Below the pieces are notes generated by a model, which saw nothing but the letters and a program-made list of their open reading frames with translations, searched no databases and was not told where the DNA came from. A stretch of 64,000 bases of DNA from Gemmatimonadota bacterium (GTDB lineage Bacteria > Gemmatimonadota > Gemmatimonadetes > Gemmatimonadales > GWC2-71-9), in NCBI GenBank assembly GCA_016874005.1, contig VGVQ01000010.1:67815-131814 (forward strand), written 5' to 3'. Shown here one piece after another: positions 57,691 through 64,000 of this stretch. Position 1 is the first letter of the stretch. Every line of letters starts with the position of its first letter. Position numbers and translations under genes: made by a program.

Positions 57691-58854
57691 ATGACCCGCC
57701 TCCGCGAGACCGACAAGTCACATCGGCTTGGCACCAGGGCCATACATGCCGGGCGGATCGATGACCCCCTCGCGGGAGCCATCATGCCACCGGTCTATCA
57801 GACTTCGACATATCGGCAGGAAGGGCTCGGACTTCACAAGGGCTACGAATACGGCCGAACCCACAACCCGACCCGGGAGGCACTCGAGCGCAACGTGGCG
57901 AGCCTCGAGGGTGGCGACTATGGGTTCGCCTTCGCCTCGGGGCTCGCGGCCCTCGATACCGTCATCAAGATGTTCCGCTCCGGCGACCACTTCGTTTGCG
58001 GGGACAACCTCTACGGCGGCTCGATGCGGTTGATGGTTCGGGTTTACGAGGCTATGGGCCTCGAGTTCAGCTTCGTCGACATGCGGGATGTAAACAACGT
58101 GGCCCGCGCCATGAAGCCCACCACCCGGATGGTCTACTGCGAGACCCCGACCAACCCGATGATGTTCCTCGCCGACCTCGCCGCCGTCGGCGACCTCTGC
58201 CAGGCCCGAGGTACCATCTTCGCCGTCGACAACACCTTTGCCACGCCGATCTTCCAGCGGCCGCTGTCCTTCGGCGCTCACCTCGTCCTCCACTCCACGA
58301 CCAAGTACTTGAACGGCCACAGCGACATGGTCGGGGGAATACTGGTCACCAACCGCGACGACCTCGCCGAACGAATCGGCTTCCTCCAGAACGCGGCCGG
58401 GGGCGTCCCCGGCCCATGGGACTGCTGGTTGGCCCTCCGGGGGACCAAGACCCTGCCGCTTCGGATGAAGCAGCACGACGCCAGCGGACGAGCGATCGCG
58501 CAGTGGCTCACCACCCATCCCAAGGTCCAGCGGGTCTACTATCCGGGGCTGACCAGCCATCCCCAGCACGAGTTGGCCAAGCGGCAGATGAGCGGTTTCG
58601 GCGGAATGATCTCCTTCGAGGTGGGCGACGTCGAGCTCGCCCGCCGGATCTTCGCGGCCACCAAGATCTTTTCGCTGGCTGAATCGCTCGGAGGTGTCGA
58701 GAGCCTGATCGGGCATCCCGCATCCCAGACGCACGCCGCTGTACCGGTCGCCATGCGTCAGGCGATGGGGTTGACCGACTCGCTGGTCCGACTTTCGGTC
58801 GGCGTGGAGGAGACCGCCGATCTGATCGAGGACTTGGATCGGGCGATTCGCTAG
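57691..58854 (+). CDS. Cys/Met-metabolism PLP-dependent enzyme (cystathionine gamma-synthase/gamma-lyase/beta-lyase family)
   Basis: 387 aa. The pattern is ...GTRAIHAG.....GA.MPP.Y.TSTY... with the PLP-lysine motif HSTTKYLNGHSD, followed by ESLGGVESLI.HPA..... Confidence 0.9.
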   Translation: MTRLRETDKSHRLGTRAIHAGRIDDPLAGAIMPPVYQTSTYRQEGLGLHKGYEYGRTHNPTREALERNVASLEGGDYGFAFASGLAALDTVIKMFRSGDHFVCGDNLYGGSMRLMVRVYEAMGLEFSFVDMRDVNNVARAMKPTTRMVYCETPTNPMMFLADLAAVGDLCQARGTIFAVDNTFATPIFQRPLSFGAHLVLHSTTKYLNGHSDMVGGILVTNRDDLAERIGFLQNAAGGVPGPWDCWLALRGTKTLPLRMKQHDASGRAIAQWLTTHPKVQRVYYPGLTSHPQHELAKRQMSGFGGMISFEVGDVELARRIFAATKIFSLAESLGGVESLIGHPASQTHAAVPVAMRQAMGLTDSLVRLSVGVEETADLIEDLDRAIR

Positions 58855-58935
58855 CTGCAGTTGAATCGGAGAGCGCTGCAACGGTTTTCGACCTGGCCGG
58901 CTCTAAGTCGAACACCGTTGGAGTGGATCGTCGAA

Positions 58936-61599
58936 ATGGCTGGCAAGATCGCGAGGGTCGGGCAGTTCGTGGCGTTGACGTGGCTCGCGGCTCTGCCCGC
59001 GGGGGCCCAAACCGCGGTCCCCGAGCCGCTCCGCCCAGATCCGTTGACCGTATCGACCGCCCGGGCGGTCCGGGTCGCTGGCCCGGCCCCGAAGATGGAC
59101 GGCCGACTCGACGACCCGGCTTGGGCTACCGCCGCGCCCTTCGGCGCCTTCGTGCAGCGCGACCCCGATGAAGGACGGCCCGGCACCGAGCCCACCGAAG
59201 TGCGGGTCCTGTTCACCGACGATGCCCTGTGGATCGGGGTCCGCTCCTTCGACTCCAAGGCCGCGGAAATCGCCGCGGTGCTGGCTCGCCGCGACGAGTG
59301 GTCGCCCTCGGACGAAGTCTCGGTGATGATCGACTCCTACCACGATCGCCGCACCGCGTTCGCGTTCACCGTCAACGCGGCGGGCGTCAAGCGGGACGCC
59401 TATCTCTACGACGACACCAATCGCGACGAAAGTTGGGACGCCGTCTGGGAGGCCAAAGCGACCACGGACAGCGCCGGTTGGTCCGCGGAGTTCCGGATTC
59501 CGCTCAGTCAGCTTCGGTTTCCCGCCGCGCCGAGCCATACCTTCGGGTTCAACGTCTCGCGCCGGCTCAACCGGTTGAACGAGACCCAGTTCTGGCGGCT
59601 GGTGCCCAAGCAGGCCTCCGGCTACGTCTCCCGCTTCGGCGACCTCACCTCGCTCGACGGGCTGCGCCCGCCTCGCCGCCTCGAGGTGCTTCCCTACAGC
59701 GCGGCCTTGGCGAGCTACACCCCGTCCCAAGCCGGCAACCCCTTCGCCACCGGAAGCCGGACCCTGGCCAACCTGGGCGGTGACCTCAAGGTCGGACTGG
59801 GCTCGGCCCTCACGCTCACCGCGACCGCGAACCCGGATTTCGGCCAGGTCGAGGCCGACCCCGCCGTGGTCAACCTCACGGCGTTCGAATCGTTCTTCTC
59901 CGAGCGACGGCCGTTCTTCACCGAGGGATTGGACCTGTTCCGCTTCCGGATCGCGGACGGCGACGGCGATGGCTCCGAGGAGGTGCTCTTCTATTCGCGC
60001 CGAATCGGGCGGGCGCCCCAAGGTCGGGCCGATCCACGCAATGGATTCGCCGAGTCGATCGACCGCACCACCATCCTTGCCGCCGGCAAGCTGACCGGGA
60101 AGACCCGCACCGGTTGGTCGGTCGGGGCCCTCGCGGCGCTGACCGATCGCGAGCGTGCCCGTGTCATCGACGGAGCCGGCCAGCCGCACCTCGACGTGGT
60201 GGAGCCTCGGACCGCCTACGGCGTCTTCCGTTTGGAGCGCGAGCTTCGGCGGGGCCAGACCGTCATCGGCGCCTTCGGCACCGTCGTGGACCGGGACCTT
60301 CCCGCTAACCTCCAGTGGTTGCACCGCAATGCCTACACGGCGGGGCTCAACTGGTCCCACCGGTTTGCCAACGACGGCTATCAGTTGAGCGGCCGGGTCG
60401 TGGCCAGTCGCGTCGAGGGGACCACGGCGGCCATCCTCGCCACCCAGTTGGCCCCGGCCCGGTACTTCCAGCGCCCCGACGCCGACCACACCGAGCTCGA
60501 CTCCACTCGAACCGCCCTGGGCGGCTACGCCCTTGGCTTCAACGGTGGCCGGACCGCCGGTAACCTTCGTTGGAACCTGAATTTCACGGCCCGATCGCCC
60601 GGGTTCGAGGCCAACGACGCCGGCTTCATGCGAGAAACCGACAACATCGGCCAGAGCGTCTGGATCAACCGCCGCTGGCTCAACCCCGGCCGGGTCTTTC
60701 GCCGCTTCAATCTCAACCTGAATCAGTGGTCGAGCCATACCTTCGGTGGCGAGCGCCGGAACCTGGGCGGCAACATCAACGCCAACTACACCCTGCTCAA
60801 CTACCTCAGCGGATGGGTGGGGATCAACCGCCACCTCGGCGGCATCAGCCCGACCGCGCTCCGTGGGGGCCCGGCCTTCATCCGCCCCGGTGGCGTCAAC
60901 GGCTGGTTCGGACTGCAGACCGACGACCGCAAGTCGGTCCGCGGCGGCACCAACTTCTGGGCCTTTGCCGAGGACGAGAGCGAGAACTGGGGCTTCGGGT
61001 TCGGGACCTGGCTATCGTGGCGCCCGACGACCAGCGTGGACCTGACGGTGAACCCGACCATCTACTACAACCGCGACGTCTGGCAGTACCTCGATACCCG
61101 CTCGGTCGCCGGCCGCGACGAATACCTCTTCGGCGCGATTCGCCAAACCACCACCGCGATGACCCTGCGGTCCAACATCACGGTGAGCCCCACCCTCTCC
61201 CTCCAGCTCTACGCCCAGCCATTCATTTCGAGCGGGCGCTACGACGGCTTTCGACGGGTCAAGGCGCCCCGGGCCCCCCGCTTCGCCGACCGGTTCGACG
61301 AGTTCGGCGATCGGGCCAGCCGCGATCCGGACGGCAACGTGGTCATCGACCTCGACGGAACCGGCGGGCCGGCGATTACCCTCGGGAACCCCGATTTCAC
61401 GGTGCTCTCGCTCAGATCTAATTTCGTGTTACGGTGGGAATACCTGCTCGGATCGACCCTGTTCCTGGTCTGGCAGCACGGCCGAGGCGGTTTCGATCCC
61501 GACGGCCGCTTCCGCCTCGGCGACCGGCTCGGCGACCTGTTCCGAAGCCCGAGCTCCAACGTGCTGCTCGTCAAGCTCAACTACTGGGTCAGCCTATGA
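58936..61599 (+). CDS. large secreted protein with CBM9-like N-domain and beta-barrel-like C-region (DUF5916-like, tentative)
   Basis: ATG at 58936 with the signal ...LTWLAALPAGAQT. The stretch KMDGRLDDPAWATAAPFGAFVQRDPDEGRPGTEPTEVRVLFTDDALWIGVR is the pattern I associate with CBM9/DUF5916 proteins. The rest is long and strand-rich, ending ...LVKLNYWVSL. Confidence 0.7.
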   Translation: MAGKIARVGQFVALTWLAALPAGAQTAVPEPLRPDPLTVSTARAVRVAGPAPKMDGRLDDPAWATAAPFGAFVQRDPDEGRPGTEPTEVRVLFTDDALWIGVRSFDSKAAEIAAVLARRDEWSPSDEVSVMIDSYHDRRTAFAFTVNAAGVKRDAYLYDDTNRDESWDAVWEAKATTDSAGWSAEFRIPLSQLRFPAAPSHTFGFNVSRRLNRLNETQFWRLVPKQASGYVSRFGDLTSLDGLRPPRRLEVLPYSAALASYTPSQAGNPFATGSRTLANLGGDLKVGLGSALTLTATANPDFGQVEADPAVVNLTAFESFFSERRPFFTEGLDLFRFRIADGDGDGSEEVLFYSRRIGRAPQGRADPRNGFAESIDRTTILAAGKLTGKTRTGWSVGALAALTDRERARVIDGAGQPHLDVVEPRTAYGVFRLERELRRGQTVIGAFGTVVDRDLPANLQWLHRNAYTAGLNWSHRFANDGYQLSGRVVASRVEGTTAAILATQLAPARYFQRPDADHTELDSTRTALGGYALGFNGGRTAGNLRWNLNFTARSPGFEANDAGFMRETDNIGQSVWINRRWLNPGRVFRRFNLNLNQWSSHTFGGERRNLGGNINANYTLLNYLSGWVGINRHLGGISPTALRGGPAFIRPGGVNGWFGLQTDDRKSVRGGTNFWAFAEDESENWGFGFGTWLSWRPTTSVDLTVNPTIYYNRDVWQYLDTRSVAGRDEYLFGAIRQTTTAMTLRSNITVSPTLSLQLYAQPFISSGRYDGFRRVKAPRAPRFADRFDEFGDRASRDPDGNVVIDLDGTGGPAITLGNPDFTVLSLRSNFVLRWEYLLGSTLFLVWQHGRGGFDPDGRFRLGDRLGDLFRSPSSNVLLVKLNYWVSL

Positions 61600-63282
61600 C
61601 GACCTGGTCTTCTCCTTCTGCCAGGAATCCCGGAGCCCAACCGTGCGGTTGAAGACCAAGACATTCGGCCGCGAGTCGAGGGGGTCGGACACGAAGTAGC
61701 CCACCCGTTCGAATTGATACCGGCTGCCCGCCGGATCATTGCCAACCGACGGTTCGACCTTCGCCCCGGGTACAACCTCGAGCGAGTTCGGGTTCAACAC
61801 CGAAAGAAAATCCTGTCCGTCGGGCAGAGAATCGGGGTCCGCGACCGTAAAGAGCCGATCGTAGAGCCTGAGCTCGCAGTCGAGCGCGTGAGCCGCGGAT
61901 ACCCAGTGGATCGTACCCTGAACCTTCCGGCCATCGGGCGCGTTGCCCCCCCGCGTCGCGGGGTCGTACCGGCAGCGGAGTTCCACCACCTCCCCGGACC
62001 CGTTCTTGATCACCTCGTCGCAGGTGATGAAGTAGCCGTAGCGCAGCCGAACCTCCCGCCCCGGCGCCAACCGGAAGAATTTCTTGGGCGGGTCCTCCAT
62101 GAAGTCGTCGCGATCGATGTACAACTCGCCGGAGAACGGCACCAGACGGGAGCCGGTCTTGGGGACGTCGTGAGGGTAATACGGCGCCTCGAGTTGTTCG
62201 ACCTGGCCCGCCGGATAATTCGTCAGCACCACCTTGAGCGGGTTGACCACGCAGAGCACCCGGGGGACCCGCATGTTGAGGTCGTCTCGGACGGCATGCT
62301 CCCAGGCGGCCCACTCGGTCCGCGCCGGGCTGCGGGCAACGCCGACTCCCTCCGCGAACGCCCGGACCGCCTCCGCCGTCACCCCCCGACGGCGGATCCC
62401 CGACAAGGTCGGCATCCGGGGATCGTCCCAGCCGGCGACATGGCCGTCGTTCACCAGCCGGAGCAACTTCCGCTTGCTCACCACCGTGAAGTCGAGTTCC
62501 AACCGAGCGAACTCGGTCTGCTCGGGCGGCGCCGCGAACCCGGCCTCGCGAACCAACCAGTCGTAGATCTCCCGGTTGTCCTTGAACTCGAGGGTACAAA
62601 GCGAGTGGGTGATGCCCTCGATCGCGTCGGAAAGCCCATGGGCGAAGTCGTAGAGCGGATAGAGGCACCAGGCATCGCCACGGCGGTAGTGGTGAGCATG
62701 GCGAATCCGGTAGAGCACCGGATCGCGCATGATCATGTTCGGGTGGGCCAGGTCGATCTTGGCCCGAAGCACGTGGGCGCCATCGGGGAATTCGCCCCGT
62801 TTCATCCGTTCCAGCAGATCGAGGTTCTCGGCCACCGACCGGTCGCGGTGGCGACTGGGGGTCCCCGGGGTGGTCACGGTGCCCCGATGTTCCCGGATCT
62901 CGGCCTCGGTCTCGCTGTCGACATAGGCCTTGCCCCGCTCCACCAGCCCCACGGCGATTTCGAACAATTGTTCGAAATAGTCGCTGGCGTAGAGTTCTCG
63001 ATCCCACCGGAAGCCCAGCCACTCGATGTCGTGCTTGATCGCTTCGACGTACCGAATGTCCTCGGTCGTGGGGTTGGTGTCGTCGAACCGCAGATTCACG
63101 GTACCGCCGAACTCCCGGGCGATCCCGAAGTTGAGGCAGATCGATTTGGCGTGCCCGATGTGCGGGAAGCCGTTGGGCTCGGGCGGAAAGCGGGTCATGA
63201 TCGCTCGGCCGAAGCGGCCCGAGGCGTGATCGGCGGCGACCTTCTCCCGAATGAAGTCGAGGCGGGGTGCGGGGTGGGTCAT
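61594..63282 (-). CDS. glnS: glutamine--tRNA ligase
   Basis: ATG at 63280-63282. The pattern is FIREKVAADHASGRFG..I.TRFPPEPNGFPHIGHAKS (HIGH), ...NLRFDDTNP..., VVSKRKL (KMSKS-like) and a C-terminal anticodon-binding beta-barrel region. Confidence 0.95.
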   Translation of the reverse strand: MTHPAPRLDFIREKVAADHASGRFGRAIMTRFPPEPNGFPHIGHAKSICLNFGIAREFGGTVNLRFDDTNPTTEDIRYVEAIKHDIEWLGFRWDRELYASDYFEQLFEIAVGLVERGKAYVDSETEAEIREHRGTVTTPGTPSRHRDRSVAENLDLLERMKRGEFPDGAHVLRAKIDLAHPNMIMRDPVLYRIRHAHHYRRGDAWCLYPLYDFAHGLSDAIEGITHSLCTLEFKDNREIYDWLVREAGFAAPPEQTEFARLELDFTVVSKRKLLRLVNDGHVAGWDDPRMPTLSGIRRRGVTAEAVRAFAEGVGVARSPARTEWAAWEHAVRDDLNMRVPRVLCVVNPLKVVLTNYPAGQVEQLEAPYYPHDVPKTGSRLVPFSGELYIDRDDFMEDPPKKFFRLAPGREVRLRYGYFITCDEVIKNGSGEVVELRCRYDPATRGGNAPDGRKVQGTIHWVSAAHALDCELRLYDRLFTVADPDSLPDGQDFLSVLNPNSLEVVPGAKVEPSVGNDPAGSRYQFERVGYFVSDPLDSRPNVLVFNRTVGLRDSWQKEKTRSS

Positions 63283-63471
63283 CGGGGCAAGATAACCGAC
63301 GAGATCCACCCCGGGGCAGCCGCAAGTCGGTGTCCGACCGAGCGTTGGGGCCCGGCAGGCGGAACCAGGCGCTCGCCGGCTCGCGGGCCGCCCGGTGACG
63401 AACCCTCCCCCTGCAACCTGCTTCCACCCATATTCGTACAGAGGCAACCTCAAACAACCCGAGCCACGACA

Positions 63472-64000
63472 ATGACTTCCGTTCCTGCGCCCCGCTCGCA
63501 CGTCGCCTTCCGGGAGATCGCCCCCGTTTCCTGGGAGCATCCGGCCGATCGGGCCGCTCTACAAGCGATGCGGGCCGTTCCCGGCTTCGACGAAGTCGTC
63601 AAGAAAGTCATCGGCCTCCTCGGCGGCGAACGAGGGATCCGGCTCCTGTTCCAGGGGAACGCGGTGCGGGTCACGCCGCTTCAATACCCCCGGGCCCACC
63701 AGCTGCTCGTCGAAGTCTGCGCCACCTTCGACTGGCCCCGGACCCCGGAGATGTTCGTCTCCCAGACCCCGGTCTTCAACGCCGGGGCCTACGGGGTCGA
63801 CGATCCGTTCATCGTGCTCCACACGGCCGCCCTCGAACTCCTCGACGACGAGGAGCTCCGGGTCCTGATCGCCCATGAAATGGGTCACGTGATGAGCGGC
63901 CATGCGCTCTATCACACCATCGCCGCCATCCTGTTCATGGTTTCGCTGTCGGCCCTCCCGTTGCTAGCCGGCATCGCTCTGCTCCCGATCAAGCTCGCGG
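63472..64000 (+). CDS. M48-family (HtpX/Ste24-like) zinc metalloprotease, 5' partial (runs off window end)
   Basis: ATG at 63472, open to the window edge. My own translation gives MTSVPAPRSHVAFREI...ELRVLIAHEMGHVMSGHALYHTIA... (HExxH followed by hydrophobic helices). It is not in the ORF track because no stop lies in the window. Confidence 0.75.
   Translation, partial: MTSVPAPRSHVAFREIAPVSWEHPADRAALQAMRAVPGFDEVVKKVIGLLGGERGIRLLFQGNAVRVTPLQYPRAHQLLVEVCATFDWPRTPEMFVSQTPVFNAGAYGVDDPFIVLHTAALELLDDEELRVLIAHEMGHVMSGHALYHTIAAILFMVSLSALPLLAGIALLPIKLA

Overview
This is a visibly GC-rich bacterial chromosomal segment (roughly two-thirds G+C by eye, not computed). The protein repertoire looks Gemmatimonadota/Acidobacteriota-like, but that placement is an inference. 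Coding density is high on both strands, and most long alternate-frame ORFs in the track are GC-driven shadow ORFs.

The backbone is housekeeping: dnaK, htrA, tRNA-Leu(UAG), tig-clpP-clpX-engB, glmM-glmS, glnS, ilvE, dtd, maf and pcm. Two themes are interleaved with it.
- Secreted peptidases and amidohydrolases: M1, two S9, S15/CocE, S12 plus a class-A beta-lactamase fold, a D-aminoacylase, M55 and M48.
- Signalling proteins: EAL-HDOD, PP2C, 7TM-PAS-GGDEF, two Ser/Thr kinases, FHA-GAF-cyclase, REC-HD-GYP, Hpt and a GspE-REC fusion.

I found no CRISPR array, transposase, integrase, phage genes or rRNA.

The most notable observations are these.
1. A secreted AhpC/TSA (PRX-like) redoxin is interrupted by an in-frame TGA exactly at the first Cys of its CxxC motif, with a perfect hairpin 15 nt downstream. 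It is a candidate selenoprotein.
2. A tightly packed divergent locus reads Omp85-like barrel, then a GspE/PilB ATPase with a C-terminal receiver domain, then NUDIX. It sits back to back (15 nt) with a lipoprotein and an FHA-GAF-adenylate/guanylate cyclase.
3. Gene lesions are numerous: three single-nucleotide frameshifts in G/C runs, four truncated gene remnants, and a 67-bp direct repeat around an inserted gene fragment. These indicate either real decay or rearrangement, or consensus and assembly errors.

Functional calls come from motifs I can read in the translations. No database search was run.
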